Positions 46,427 to 57,437 are shown, counted from the stretch's first letter. The stretch: 64,000 nt of DNA from Candidatus Micrarchaeota archaeon (GCA_037447235.1 JBBIHC010000003.1:17513-81512); one strand, 5' to 3'. The notes: generated from the sequence alone by a model not told the origin. Numbers and translations: made by a program.

Positions 46427-47747
46427 AAGCCTGCACCCCGCTGACCTCGCTTCTTTCGCTTATTTCCCCTGCGATGTTTTTCATCATGAGCTCGGCCACT
46501 TTGCCGGGCTTTTTCTCGCGACCGAGAACCCAGCAAAGCTTCACGAAAGCTGTTTCCGGCGTCCAATCAGCTCCGTCCCCAATTACTCCTGCCTCCTTAA
46601 GCAGCCTGCCTGTTGAATACACATTCATGTTTATTCTGCCGTAAATAGTCTGCGATGCCATAACCACGGCAATTCCGCTGTCAATCAGCGACTTGATGTT
46701 TTTGAAAATTGAATGCGCATGCTTGTCGTTAAACGCGTTTGTGGGCACATGGCCAAGCCCGGTCCCGACCAGTACAACGCCGTCATAATCTGAAAGCGAG
46801 TCTATTATCTTTGGCTTTATGCCCGGGTGGATATAAACCATCGCGACATTGTCGCTCATTTTCTTGTCAACTATCAATTTTCTTTTTTCATCTCTCGGTG
46901 CAAAAGAAGAAAGCGGCTCAAGGAAGCGCTTGCGGTAGTCAACCACGGCAAGCGGAAGGGAATTGACGGACCTGAAGGCATCCCTTCGCGAGTTGTGGAA
47001 TTTCCTCACTCTTGTTCCCCTGTGGAGATGGCAATAGCTGTCGTCCATCGTTGCGTGCATGCAAACCGCAACCTCAGCCATATCAGCATTTTTGGCCGCC
47101 CATACAGAATTCAGCAGGTTGAGCTCATTGTCGCTTGATGGCCTGTCACTGCTTCTTTGCGCTCCGACAAGAATGACCGGCACCGGCAGCTGCTGGAGCG
47201 TAAAAGAAAGCGCTGCCGCAGTGTATCCCATCGTATCTGTTCCGTGCATTATCACAACGCCTTTTGCGCCATCTTTTATTTCACCGGCGACCTCGTCAGC
47301 CAAAATCTTCCAGTGCTCCTGCGCCATATCCTCGGAAAGCAAAGAAAATATCTTTTTTACCTTTATTGAAGCCAATGCAGACAGCTGTGGAAAAGTAGCT
47401 ATCAGCTCCTTCGGGCTAATGACTGGATAAACCGCGCCGGTTTTGTATTCTATTCTTGAAGAAATGGTGCCTCCGCACCCAAGGATGGCAACCTCGCCTT
47501 TTCCCTCGTCTGTTTTTTGCTCTGCTTTCTTCTGTTCACCTTTTTTCACAAGCGAAATTTCGCATTTTTCAAACACTACCCCTATGTTATAGCCGTCGTC
47601 AAGCTTTATGACAAGCACGCTCGGGTCTCCCTGCACCCTCGGCATCAGCACTCCCTCGTACTTCGTCCCTTCCTTCGTTATCGCTATCCTGTCGCCTATC
47701 TCAATGTTCCCTTTCTTCAACAACTTTTCAATCTCATCCGAGTACAT
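46410..47747 (-). CDS. gatD: Glutamyl-tRNA(Gln) amidotransferase subunit D (asparaginase-like)
   Basis: ILGCGGTISS, HGTDTMGYTAAALSF asparaginase motifs plus an N-terminal GatD-specific domain. 17-nt overlap with gatE. Confidence 0.9.
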   Translation of the reverse strand: MYSDEIEKLLKKGNIEIGDRIAITKEGTKYEGVLMPRVQGDPSVLVIKLDDGYNIGVVFEKCEISLVKKGEQKKAEQKTDEGKGEVAILGCGGTISSRIEYKTGAVYPVISPKELIATFPQLSALASIKVKKIFSLLSEDMAQEHWKILADEVAGEIKDGAKGVVIMHGTDTMGYTAAALSFTLQQLPVPVILVGAQRSSDRPSSDNELNLLNSVWAAKNADMAEVAVCMHATMDDSYCHLHRGTRVRKFHNSRRDAFRSVNSLPLAVVDYRKRFLEPLSSFAPRDEKRKLIVDKKMSDNVAMVYIHPGIKPKIIDSLSDYDGVVLVGTGLGHVPTNAFNDKHAHSIFKNIKSLIDSGIAVVMASQTIYGRINMNVYSTGRLLKEAGVIGDGADWTPETAFVKLCWVLGREKKPGKVAELMMKNIAGEISERSEVSGVQAYEGRH

Positions 47748-50700
47748 TTTCCCGCCTTATTTTGTATATTTTTACCGCCCCGTTGTCATACACTTTGTCA
47801 AAACCTTCAAGCTCGTCAAGCACCAGCGCCTTGTAGATGTTTGAGTCATAGAAATGGGTCTTCCTGTCTTCGTAGCCATCAACAATCTGGCCATTCTCAA
47901 GCCAGACCTTCTGTTTTGTGTAAACCGTGGTGAATGCCATAAGCGGGCCCTGGTTGTACGCGCCATCAAGCCTGGACGGATAGACAAGGAATGCCTTGTT
48001 AACCCTTAAATCGCCGTTTGGATAGGTCTCATTAAGATAGTAGGTGCCTGTCATCTTGTCCCCGGTCGCCAGCTCGACCTCGCCAACGCAGTATGCCGGC
48101 ACAAGATGAACATAATTCGCGCAAAAGTACCGCACCTGCTCGTTTGTTATGCTTCCCACGCACTCGCCAGGGTAATAAATGCTGTATTTCTGCTCGCCGT
48201 TCGGAGGGCCGATGTAAACCTTTGATGCGACAAAGCCCGTCTTTCTCGGATTTTCGGATATAACGCAGGTTTTGTCCTGCGACACGTATATGACTTCAAA
48301 AAGATTCTCCCGCTCGCAGTCTGACTGGCCCGGCCAGTATGAGACATTGGTCCGGTTGGCGTGCACGCAGCCAAGATAATTCAGCGCACCGAATTTTGCC
48401 CCAAAGCCCTCGCTGCTTCCAAGTATCTCAACATCAAAAAGCGCATATTCGCTGCCGTAATCCTGCATGGTTTTGAGCAGGTCTTCCTCGTCTCCCTCGG
48501 TATAAGAATAAGCAACGCGGTATATCATGTCCAAATAGGCATGCTCGTTTCGCAGGATGCTGTTCCTCTGGCCAAAGAAATTTATCCAATGCCCGTAATC
48601 CCACCAGGATATAATCCTCGCGTCTTTTTCCGTATGATCTCGGATCCATTCCATTGACGATATCCAGTAATCGCTTAACTTGTTGCAGCGGACAAGCGCT
48701 GCCCTGTAAAGAAGCGGCGCTTTTTGCGGATCGGTGTAATAATCAAAACCAGGCAGCGCTGTTATTATACAAAGCAACTGGTTGTATTGATTGTTTGTTC
48801 CAAGTTTTGCATAGTCCATCGGATTTGCAGCAGCAGCGCAAACAACCGCGTCGCCGGTTGCCTTGCAGGCAGCGTCAAGTTTTTCCTTTGCCGCATATGG
48901 GTCGTCCTGAAATCTCACATTGAAGTTGCTGAGAGCCAGGCCAAAAGCAAGGTTGGTGTAGAAAAACTGCAGGATAAGGATGGCCGTCATCACGAGCGCA
49001 AGCGCATAGCTGCTTTCTTTGATTATCTTCCTGTTTTTCAAAAAGCGCTCTGCAACCGAGAAAACATAGGCGATTCCGCCTGCGATGAAAAACGCGGCGT
49101 AGATGGTATACTTTGCTTTCAGTATGCCAACAATAAATGGCGGGAAAACAACTGCCATAAAAAGAAGCGGGACAAGCAGCTCTTCCGGCTTTTCTTTCCT
49201 TTTCTCATAAAGATGATAGGCTGCCGCAGCGACCATGGCCGCAGGCCAAAGCATAACAAAACTGTTTGCCTTCCAGTCATAGGAAGCATTTGATGAAAGG
49301 ACAAAATTGATGGCGCTGACCAAAACTGCGAGCAGCATATTGCTGAGCGAGGAAACGATTCCCAAAACAATGAGCAGCGGCGAAGCGATAAGCGCGAAAA
49401 AATTCCCGGAGTTGTTGTCAGGGAAGAAAAATGAGATTATGCTTTCATAATTCGCACCGGCAAAGCCAATTTCATCTGAAAAGTCGTGGCCTGCCATTCC
49501 CTGCTCTGCTATCGTCCTCTCAAGCGCTGTTTTATACTCAACAACAGCGAAGCCTGCCCTGCCCATTGACTTTACAGGCTCGGCAAGCGGCGAAAGCATG
49601 AAAACAAAAATAAGAAGCGCCGCGCCTGCAACCGCAACATTTCTGTCCTTGAATTCTATTTTCCTGATTTTGATTATGTAAAGCCCTGCGGGCAGTGCGA
49701 AAATCAACAGCCCGGTGAGCAGGCTGGAAAGCGCAAACCCGCCGGTAAAGAGCATGTCAAAAGAAGCGGCGCCGACAATGCCGACAGCAATGAACACCGC
49801 GTTAAGCTCAAGCAGGCTTTTCAGCCCGTCCGCGCTTTCGTTCTTGTAGAAAAGAACAAGGGCATACGCAAGCCAGAAGAGCGCAAGCACCACAAGCGCC
49901 AGGATAGCAGAGGCTGAACCAAGGGCAAGCGCGATGAAAGCGAGCCCTGACACAAACGCAAGCGCCCTGCTTTTCTCCTTGAGCATAAGCACATACGCTG
50001 AATAAAAGAATGCAAGCGCGAAGAATGCATATGGCTGGATTTCCATCTCGCCTGCCATAGTTTTTAGAAGGAACATCGGTGCAAGAGAGGCGATACCAGC
50101 ACCAAGCACAGCATATTCCTGCCTAACTGCCTGCGAAAGAAAAAGATAAAAAAGCAGGACCGCGAGCGCGGCGGCGATGGGTGGATAAACCGAAGCGACG
50201 GCTGCCAGGAGCATATTGCTGTAATCATTGCTTCCATTGTAAAGGGAATACCACAATGATTCCATGTAAGCAAGAACGGGCACTGCCCGGTGATCAACAT
50301 CGTGCGGCCACCACGCAGTATTGTCGTCCAGCGGATTAAAGCCAAGCGTGATTATCTGCTGGCTGATGTAAGTATAATAATAAGGGTCAAGCTCATAAAA
50401 CACCGGCGAGTACGAACCAAGCCGTATCCAGAATGCAAGCAAGGCGAGAAATGCCATCGCAAAGCAGAGGAATGCCCTGTCTTGCGGAACCGCCATAATG
50501 TTTTTCGCAAATTCAACCGCATCTTTGTCAATCCTTTTCCATCCGGCAAGAGCGAGCGCGAGCAGCCACCAGACAGCAATAGTTGCGATGGCCAAATCAT
50601 AGCTATACTTTATGCCAAAAAGAAGGAACAAAAGGAATGGAACAAGCTGGGGAACAGAGAAGCCGAGGCCCAAGCCCATTATTGACTTTTCAAAGGTTCC

Positions 50701-50820
50701 AAGTTTTGCGCCCTTTAGCAATGCGTGGCTTATGACGATGCCCGGAATGAAAAAACAGCAAAATATTATTGCCAATAACAGGTATGGATCGAACGCCAAA
50801 AACAAAAAACCACCTTTCAA
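47734..50820 (-). CDS. aglB: Oligosaccharyltransferase AglB (STT3 homolog)
   Basis: 13-TM N-terminal domain, catalytic WWDYGHWI motif (IISWWDYGHWINFFG), large C-terminal soluble domain; 1028 aa. Confidence 0.85.
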   Translation of the reverse strand: MKGGFLFLAFDPYLLLAIIFCCFFIPGIVISHALLKGAKLGTFEKSIMGLGLGFSVPQLVPFLLFLLFGIKYSYDLAIATIAVWWLLALALAGWKRIDKDAVEFAKNIMAVPQDRAFLCFAMAFLALLAFWIRLGSYSPVFYELDPYYYTYISQQIITLGFNPLDDNTAWWPHDVDHRAVPVLAYMESLWYSLYNGSNDYSNMLLAAVASVYPPIAAALAVLLFYLFLSQAVRQEYAVLGAGIASLAPMFLLKTMAGEMEIQPYAFFALAFFYSAYVLMLKEKSRALAFVSGLAFIALALGSASAILALVVLALFWLAYALVLFYKNESADGLKSLLELNAVFIAVGIVGAASFDMLFTGGFALSSLLTGLLIFALPAGLYIIKIRKIEFKDRNVAVAGAALLIFVFMLSPLAEPVKSMGRAGFAVVEYKTALERTIAEQGMAGHDFSDEIGFAGANYESIISFFFPDNNSGNFFALIASPLLIVLGIVSSLSNMLLAVLVSAINFVLSSNASYDWKANSFVMLWPAAMVAAAAYHLYEKRKEKPEELLVPLLFMAVVFPPFIVGILKAKYTIYAAFFIAGGIAYVFSVAERFLKNRKIIKESSYALALVMTAILILQFFYTNLAFGLALSNFNVRFQDDPYAAKEKLDAACKATGDAVVCAAAANPMDYAKLGTNNQYNQLLCIITALPGFDYYTDPQKAPLLYRAALVRCNKLSDYWISSMEWIRDHTEKDARIISWWDYGHWINFFGQRNSILRNEHAYLDMIYRVAYSYTEGDEEDLLKTMQDYGSEYALFDVEILGSSEGFGAKFGALNYLGCVHANRTNVSYWPGQSDCERENLFEVIYVSQDKTCVISENPRKTGFVASKVYIGPPNGEQKYSIYYPGECVGSITNEQVRYFCANYVHLVPAYCVGEVELATGDKMTGTYYLNETYPNGDLRVNKAFLVYPSRLDGAYNQGPLMAFTTVYTKQKVWLENGQIVDGYEDRKTHFYDSNIYKALVLDELEGFDKVYDNGAVKIYKIRRENVLG

Positions 50821-51896
50821 AGGCTGTAGATATCCTCTTCCTCGCCGGTAAGCTCGCTGCTGCCGCTGAGCCTGCCTGTTTCTCCCTTCTGGAACATATA
50901 TGGTGATTTCACGCCCGTGATTATTGCTGTTGCCTTTATCGTTCCCCTGAGTTCTGGATTTACCCTTGCCCCCATCTTGATTGCCGCATCATCGTTGAAG
51001 CTTTGCGTTATCATCTCGCCGACCTTTATTGCATCGCCCAATGTCAGGTCCGGCCCGCCTTCAAGGTGAAGAAGGCAGCCCTTCGCATCCTCGTAGCTGA
51101 CATCCAGAAGCGGATGCTCCAGCGTGTTCTTCACGACTTCGTCAACCTTGTTGTGCCCTGATGCCTCGCCAAGCGAAATCATGGATATGCCGCCATGTTC
51201 CATCACTGTTTTGACATCAGCATAATCCACATTTATCAGGCTCGGGAACGATATCGCGTCCGATATTCCCTTCACCGCCCTCGTTGTTATCGAGTCAGCA
51301 AGCGCAAAAGCCCGGTCTATCGGCAGGTTCGGCGCGTAGGTCGAAAGGCGGTTGTTGTCTATCACGACAACGGTGTCGCAAACATCAACCAGCGCCCTTA
51401 TCGACTGTTGGGCTTTTTTCAGCCGCACGCGCTCCAGCGCGAACGGATATGTCACGAATGCGATGACAAGCGCGCCCTGCTCTCTGGCGACCTCGGCAAC
51501 CACCGGCGCGGCTCCGCCGCCGGTTCCTCCGCCCATGCCTGCGCAAAGGAAAACAAGCTCGTTCTCGCCTATTTCCTTCTTGAGCATCTGCCTGTCAGCC
51601 TCAGCGCATTTCTTTGCCACCTCAATGTCTCCTCCTGCGCCCAATCCCTTGGTTATGGTTTTTCCGATTAGTATCTTCTTCTCGGCTGAAATCATGTTCA
51701 GGTGCTTGCCGTCGGTGTTTATCGCAACCGTCCTTGCGCTTTTTATCCCTTCGCTCACCATCCTGTTGAGCGTGTTGCAGCCGGCGCCGCCTACGCCTAT
51801 CGCGGCTATCCTGACATGAAAAAATTCGTCGTCTTTTTTTACTGCTGCCTGCTCCGCAGCCCCCTCCTTTGCCGCCTTCACAATATCGTCAAACAT
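50817..51896 (-). CDS. ftsZ: Tubulin-like GTPase FtsZ
   Basis: IAAIGVGGAGCNTLNRM, NTDGKHL, GLGAGGD, tubulin signature AGMGGGTGGGAAPVVAE, T7 loop VTYPFALE. 4-nt overlap with the aglB stop. Confidence 0.8.
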   Translation of the reverse strand: MFDDIVKAAKEGAAEQAAVKKDDEFFHVRIAAIGVGGAGCNTLNRMVSEGIKSARTVAINTDGKHLNMISAEKKILIGKTITKGLGAGGDIEVAKKCAEADRQMLKKEIGENELVFLCAGMGGGTGGGAAPVVAEVAREQGALVIAFVTYPFALERVRLKKAQQSIRALVDVCDTVVVIDNNRLSTYAPNLPIDRAFALADSITTRAVKGISDAISFPSLINVDYADVKTVMEHGGISMISLGEASGHNKVDEVVKNTLEHPLLDVSYEDAKGCLLHLEGGPDLTLGDAIKVGEMITQSFNDDAAIKMGARVNPELRGTIKATAIITGVKSPYMFQKGETGRLSGSSELTGEEEDIYSL

Positions 51897-51959
51897 TTTT
51901 TCACCAGCCAGCCACAAGGCTGGACGATTATTTATGCAAGGAAAACTATTTATATATTG

Positions 51960-53594
51960 TTAATAGGTACTGAACAGGATATTTACTGCTCTCTCAGCGT
52001 ACTGCTCCGGAATCTTGATCCTCCGCAGCGCCTTTCTCATTATGGCAAGCTCTTCTTTTCCGAAAGATTTCGTGATTATCAGAACAATCAGGTAAATGGT
52101 GCAGACTGCAGCGAAAAAAACGGCGAAGAGTGCGAGTTTGATCAGTTTTCCTGCTATAGATACATCAATGACTCCTGCTGCCTTTGCAATTTCGTCAAGC
52201 GGCAGGGAGCTTACCAGAGGCGAAACATACTGGGAAGCAACGAAGAAAAGAACCAAGGCAACAACGGAAGCGAGGGCCGGCTTTGCGCTGTCCTTTGGAA
52301 AACTGAAATCAAAAAGCCTTTTTGAATAGAAAAAGGTAAGTGCTGCCATAAGCGAGAATGAAAGCAGCGTGGCAAATGCCGCGCCATCCATTCCCCACGC
52401 CGGGATGAGGAACCAGTTGAAGACGACATTGGCAAAAGCACAGGTGCCGGTGATTGCAAGCTCTATGTCAAGCCTTCGCATTGCCGCGATTACCTTCATC
52501 GGCAGGAGGGAAATGGAAAAGAGTACAAATGATATCAGGTAAAGGACAAAAACATTGCTTGCGGCTGCGTATTCCGGGCCGTAAAACATCCTGAGGAGCA
52601 GGTCAGGAAGGCTTATCATGAGAATAAAGAATGGTGCTCCAAGGACGATGGACCATTTCACTGCAACCGCGGTCATCTTCCTCATCTCCTCCATTTTTTC
52701 TCTCCCGAAAAGCTCGGAGACCATTGGGAAGAATATCGTGAGGAGCGCGGAAAACGGGAGCAGGAGCAGATTGGCGAATGTTGTCACCACTGAGTATATA
52801 CCGACCTGCCCCATTGCCTTTTCCCCGCCCAAAAAGCCCAGCATAAACCTGTCAGTTGAGGATGCAATGACATAGAAGGTTGCTATCAGGGAGAGAATAA
52901 TGCCGAAATAAAAGACCTCAAGAACAAGGTCTTTTTCCAATTTTTCCTCGGCAGCGCCGTCTTTCAGCGAGTTGAGATCTTTCAGCATGAAGTACGAGTA
53001 GCCGATTATCAGCGGAAGGTAGGAAGCAAGATAGGCATAACCAAGCGATGTTGCGCTAAATGCAATCAGGAAACCGAAAGCAATCGTGAAAATCAGTTTT
53101 GTTATTCCCTGGAGGTTGTTCACCACCTGAAAATCCCTTATGAGTTTTCTGCCAACCAAAAATCCCCCGCCAAGGCCGGCAAGCTCGCTGAGGAAAGGCA
53201 GGAAGGCAAGCGCCTGGAACGCAGGGGCTGTTTCAGGCTTTCCAAGGACGGACGCTATGAAAGATGCTGAGAAAAACAGGAGGATGGAGAAAGAAAGCGA
53301 AAGGAATGAGCCGGCAAGGAACATTATTTTCATAAATGAGCGGATGATGGCTGCCTTGCCTTTCCCGTAAAGATAAGGAATATAGCGGGGCAGGGACTGG
53401 TTAAGCCCGAGGTCCGTGAATATGGTGATGAAGCTGACCACGCTCAGCGCAAAATAAAAAACCCCGATTTCCTCGGCGCTGAAGAATTTGGCAAGGATCA
53501 CGAGATAAAAAAAACTGAAGAGCTTCAGCGCCAGCTGTGCCAGAAAACTCCATACCGTCCCTTTCGCCAATGTTGATGTGTCTATTTCTTCCAT
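51960..53594 (-). CDS. MOP-superfamily oligosaccharide/polysaccharide flippase (Wzx-like)
   Basis: 544 aa, about 14 TM, polysaccharide-biosynthesis-protein-like layout. Confidence 0.65.
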   Translation of the reverse strand: MEEIDTSTLAKGTVWSFLAQLALKLFSFFYLVILAKFFSAEEIGVFYFALSVVSFITIFTDLGLNQSLPRYIPYLYGKGKAAIIRSFMKIMFLAGSFLSLSFSILLFFSASFIASVLGKPETAPAFQALAFLPFLSELAGLGGGFLVGRKLIRDFQVVNNLQGITKLIFTIAFGFLIAFSATSLGYAYLASYLPLIIGYSYFMLKDLNSLKDGAAEEKLEKDLVLEVFYFGIILSLIATFYVIASSTDRFMLGFLGGEKAMGQVGIYSVVTTFANLLLLPFSALLTIFFPMVSELFGREKMEEMRKMTAVAVKWSIVLGAPFFILMISLPDLLLRMFYGPEYAAASNVFVLYLISFVLFSISLLPMKVIAAMRRLDIELAITGTCAFANVVFNWFLIPAWGMDGAAFATLLSFSLMAALTFFYSKRLFDFSFPKDSAKPALASVVALVLFFVASQYVSPLVSSLPLDEIAKAAGVIDVSIAGKLIKLALFAVFFAAVCTIYLIVLIITKSFGKEELAIMRKALRRIKIPEQYAERAVNILFSTY

Positions 53595-53695
53595 TCAAGC
53601 ACCGCTGGTTCCTTTAGCGAGTAATAGGAAAACTTTTATTTAAAACCTTTGTAAGATACTTCCATCAAAGCGCAACAATGCAACAGAGGTGCGGC

Positions 53696-54442
53696 ATGCC
53701 TGATCACGAACATCTGCAAAAAATTTCTGAACAATACAAGAATTACAAAGCAAAAACACTTGGCAATTTCAATGAAAACGATTTGAAAAGTTATATAGAG
53801 TATTCGGCTGAAGACGCATTTTTAAGGTATTTTAAGGGGAAGGATTACTGGGGCGATATTGTAATAGATTTCGGCGGTCGCGTCGGAGACCGGACGAGAA
53901 GACTGAGAAATGTAACGGTTGTTGAAATCGCAGAGGACAGCAGGGAATACATGAAAAAGCTCGGAATCAGGCACGAAACGAGCATCGATAAGTTCAAAGA
54001 CGGCTCTGTTGACTTGATTTTTGCCTCGCACGTCCTTGAGCATCTTCACGATCCCTACGAATATCTGGTAAAGTTCAGGAACAAACTGAAGAAAGGGGGC
54101 AAACTGATGCTGGTTCTGCCGGTTGAAGATCACAGGGAAAGAGGACCGGGCTACTATGATGAAAACGGCCATATGTATTGCTGGAACATAAAAACAATAA
54201 ACACCCTTCTCAGATACGTGGGTTTTAAAGTGAAGGAAAGCAAAGTATCGTGCTCCTGCGGCCTTGCTGGGCTTATCAGGGTGATTTTGCAAAAGCTTGG
54301 CGTAAAAAACAAAACCATCGCTGAATTCAATTACCACATCATAACAAACATATTGGGAAGGATATATGTAAAAGGAATAATGAAAATCTTCCCATACGTG
54401 CCGTTCGGCGGGGAGTTTTACATACTCGCTGAAAAGGAATGA
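53696..54442 (+). CDS. Class I SAM-dependent methyltransferase
   Basis: VIDFGGRVGDR (motif I, GxGxG-like), DLIFASHVLEHL (motif II/III). Confidence 0.6.
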   Translation: MPDHEHLQKISEQYKNYKAKTLGNFNENDLKSYIEYSAEDAFLRYFKGKDYWGDIVIDFGGRVGDRTRRLRNVTVVEIAEDSREYMKKLGIRHETSIDKFKDGSVDLIFASHVLEHLHDPYEYLVKFRNKLKKGGKLMLVLPVEDHRERGPGYYDENGHMYCWNIKTINTLLRYVGFKVKESKVSCSCGLAGLIRVILQKLGVKNKTIAEFNYHIITNILGRIYVKGIMKIFPYVPFGGEFYILAEKE

Positions 54443-54448
54443 ACGATG

Positions 54449-55681
54449 CTAACTTAAGTTGCTCTTTTCCAGGAGTCCTGCAAATAGTTTTACTGCTTCT
54501 CCTGCATTTTCAGGCTTTACTGGATGAATCAGCGTTTTGCTTGTTTCCCTTCCCAAAAGCAAGGCTTGGACCGCCTGCAAAAGACGCCACGGCATCAGGA
54601 AAACAGCTTTAAACAGGCCGAAAAGAATATTCCGCCGCGATGCCCGCGATGTGATTTCATCAGTGTAAACTTGTGCTTTTTTTGAAAGCAGAAGGGAAAT
54701 CAGAATAGAGGGAAGCATAAAAAAACGCAGAAATGATGAGTAGGGATAAACGCCGGATTGCCTGACTTTTTTTATCTCAAATCCCTCCTCTTTTTGGCTG
54801 GCTGGATAGAATGCCAGAAAATACGGTGATTTTCCAAGTGTCTTAAACAGCTCTCTGTCAGAAAAAACATCGGCAAAAAAGGAATAGAACACAAACCAAA
54901 GCAGGAATTTTATATAATATACCAGCGAGCGCTTTGCCAAAATAAGAAATGCCTTTAGATGCCCTGCCATATACGGATAAAACTTTTTTTTCTCTGCCAT
55001 CTTGTGAAATACCGTATATCCCGCGCGGGAATGGGAAATATGGGCATTCTTGTTAACATAGACTAAACCGGCAGTCGCGAGCCGTGCAAGAAATTCAAAA
55101 TCCTCCCCGCCCCTCCAGGTATACGGGGTATGAAAGCCGGCAATCTCAAAAACCTTGCGGGGATAGAATGCAAAACCATTGACATTATAGCTTTTTGCCA
55201 CATCCGGATTAGCATCTTCCGGAGCGATGCAGAGAGGAAAAACAACCTTGTTCTCTTTTTTGGCAAGCTCCACGCACTCAAGAAAGGATTTTTTTGAATC
55301 TATAAACACATTGATGTCGGCTACGACGATGATATCATACCTTAGGAGATAACCAAGATACGCAGCAGTGAAAAAGGCGCCTGATGTGCCCAAAGAAATT
55401 TTTTCTTTTATATGCAGGGCGCTTATTCCGTCCAATGCGACAAAATCAAGGCCTTTTTTGTAAACAAAGATTGCATCAGCAAGGCTGCTGATTCCGCTGT
55501 TTTTCAGGTATTTGGCAAAATTTTTGAGTTCTTCTGTTTCTCCTGCAGGACAAACAATAACAATGTTTTTCCTTTTCTTTATATTAAGGAGAAAAGAGGA
55601 GGTTAGCAGGTTCAGATTATTCTTTGAAATTATTTCGTTTATTTTTTCTTCTGCCAGAAAATCATTTTCCTGCAGTTTCAT
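54449..55681 (-). CDS. GT-A fold glycosyltransferase with C-terminal membrane region, paralog A
   Basis: DIIVVADIN (DxD-like), YTWRGGEDFEF (WGGED motif as in GT2/Glyco_transf_7C-type enzymes), hydrophobic C-terminus. About 50% identical to the 58521..59693 product over the catalytic core. Confidence 0.55.
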   Translation of the reverse strand: MKLQENDFLAEEKINEIISKNNLNLLTSSFLLNIKKRKNIVIVCPAGETEELKNFAKYLKNSGISSLADAIFVYKKGLDFVALDGISALHIKEKISLGTSGAFFTAAYLGYLLRYDIIVVADINVFIDSKKSFLECVELAKKENKVVFPLCIAPEDANPDVAKSYNVNGFAFYPRKVFEIAGFHTPYTWRGGEDFEFLARLATAGLVYVNKNAHISHSRAGYTVFHKMAEKKKFYPYMAGHLKAFLILAKRSLVYYIKFLLWFVFYSFFADVFSDRELFKTLGKSPYFLAFYPASQKEEGFEIKKVRQSGVYPYSSFLRFFMLPSILISLLLSKKAQVYTDEITSRASRRNILFGLFKAVFLMPWRLLQAVQALLLGRETSKTLIHPVKPENAGEAVKLFAGLLEKSNLS

Positions 55682-55694
55682 TGCAGCACCTTAG

Positions 55695-56801
55695 TCAACT
55701 ATGGGCCTTGCTTTTAAAGAACTCCTCTATTTTGCTGACTATATGGCGCACATCATCATCGCTCAGGTTGACTGAAGACGGCAGCCACAAGCTGCGCGCT
55801 GATATATCTTCTGTAACAGGAAAATTTCCAGGATAGCCAAAGGCAGGTTCTGAATGAAGCGGAGGGTATGCCGGCCTTGTGCCTATTCCTTTCTCTTTTA
55901 GAAAATCCATCAATGGCTTTCTGTGCTTCTGCTCTTTTACCAAAATGTCAAAAGAGCATAAGGCGGTTTCCCTGAAATCCGTAGGGGTAAGCTCTACTTC
56001 AGGAATGTCTTTCAACAAGGAGTAGTATAGCCGCCCCAATTCTTTTTTTCTTTTAACTCTCGAATCAAGCTTTTTCAGCTGCTCCATCCCTATGACTGCC
56101 TGAAGGTCGGTGACCTTAAAGTTCCAGCCCTTAAGTACGAAATGGTCAACTTCTGTCGACTCCCGCCCAAAATTCCTTATTTTTTTCATTTTCTCAAAGA
56201 GTTTGGTATTTTCTGTCACCACCGCCCCGCCTTGGCCTGTGGAGATTATCTTGGGCATGCTGAATGAGAAACTGCCAATATCGCCATAAGCCCCCAAGAA
56301 TTTTCCGTAAGCAGTTGAACCGAGTGATTGTGCTGCGTCTTCTATGAGCCATATGTTGTTTTTTTTGCAAAAAGAGACGAAATCCTTTATGCGCTTTGGG
56401 TATCTTGCATTCATTGAAACCAGCATAACTGCCTTTGTCTTTTCTGTGATCGCTTCCTTCATCTTTTCAAAATCCATGCACAGCGATTCCTTTTCAATAT
56501 CCACAAAAACTGCCTTGGCGCCGAATATTTCAACCGCAGTCGCTGTTGCGACAAAAGTATAGTCTGGAACGATGACTTCGTCGTCTTTTTCTATGCCTAT
56601 GGCTGCCAAAGCCAGCATCAGCGATACTGTGCCATTCGCAACAAATGAGCAATGTTTCACTCCAAGACAAGCGGCAAGCATCTGTTCAAATTCCCTGGTT
56701 TTTTTGTATTCAGTTATCCATCCTCCTGACTGCATATATTTATTAACCGCCTCAATCTCTTCAGGGCCAAAAACCGGCTCTATTTGATTTATAAACTTCA
56801 T
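55695..56801 (-). CDS. DegT/DnrJ/EryC1-family PLP-dependent sugar aminotransferase
   Basis: Fold-type I aminotransferase. PLP-lysine region SFSFSMPKIISTGQGG, typical of NDP-4-keto-sugar aminotransferases. Confidence 0.85.
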   Translation of the reverse strand: MKFINQIEPVFGPEEIEAVNKYMQSGGWITEYKKTREFEQMLAACLGVKHCSFVANGTVSLMLALAAIGIEKDDEVIVPDYTFVATATAVEIFGAKAVFVDIEKESLCMDFEKMKEAITEKTKAVMLVSMNARYPKRIKDFVSFCKKNNIWLIEDAAQSLGSTAYGKFLGAYGDIGSFSFSMPKIISTGQGGAVVTENTKLFEKMKKIRNFGRESTEVDHFVLKGWNFKVTDLQAVIGMEQLKKLDSRVKRKKELGRLYYSLLKDIPEVELTPTDFRETALCSFDILVKEQKHRKPLMDFLKEKGIGTRPAYPPLHSEPAFGYPGNFPVTEDISARSLWLPSSVNLSDDDVRHIVSKIEEFFKSKAHS

Positions 56802-57394
56802 AACACGCCTCTATTAACATCCTCCATCAGTTTCTCGCTTTGTTTTTTTATTAAAGTCCCGTCTCTTTTTCCAAGCTCTTTGGCAGGAATGCCTGCATAA
56901 AGCGTCCATGGTTTGTACTCGCCTTTTTTTACTAAAGAAAAAGCGCCGATTGATACGCCTTCGGGCAGATGAACGCCGGGAAGCACTACGACATTGCAGC
57001 CCAGTAAAACATGGTCGTCAATCTTAATCGGAGCGATATCTGATTCGCCACCATAGCCTTCTGGTATCGGCGGGCCCACAAGCTCTCCTCCCCTGTAATC
57101 ATTTTGCCCGCCAACAAGGTTGCAGCTGGGGCCGATATTAACAAAATTTCCTATGCTTATTCTGGCCTTTGGCCCGCCTATCATATGGCACCCTGCGCTT
57201 ATATGCGTAAAATCGCCGACGCTTAACTGGCAGGAGATATACGCAAAGTCGTCAATAATGCTGTTCCTCCCGACCTCGGCCAATTCCGGCCTTCTTATCC
57301 TTACGGTCTTGCCGACTATTGAATTCTTGCCAAGTTTTTTCAGCTTGGAAATGTCAAAAAATATGTTTTCCATAGCGTAATCTATATCAGCCAT
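56798..57394 (-). CDS. Left-handed beta-helix (hexapeptide) sugar N-acetyltransferase
   Basis: Tandem hexapeptide repeats (ISIGNFVNIGPSCNLVGG..., IKIDDHVLLGCNVVVLPGVHLPEGVSIGA). Start at 57394; the track ORF extended to 57718 is unsupported. Confidence 0.75.
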   Translation of the reverse strand: MADIDYAMENIFFDISKLKKLGKNSIVGKTVRIRRPELAEVGRNSIIDDFAYISCQLSVGDFTHISAGCHMIGGPKARISIGNFVNIGPSCNLVGGQNDYRGGELVGPPIPEGYGGESDIAPIKIDDHVLLGCNVVVLPGVHLPEGVSIGAFSLVKKGEYKPWTLYAGIPAKELGKRDGTLIKKQSEKLMEDVNRGVL

Positions 57395-57437
57395 ATTTTT
57401 TAATTTTAACCTGATAAAACCGCTTTGAGGTTGAACG

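Noticed and set aside
45281-46444. 387-aa plus-strand ORF
   Set aside because: Antisense to gatE. No recognisable domains.
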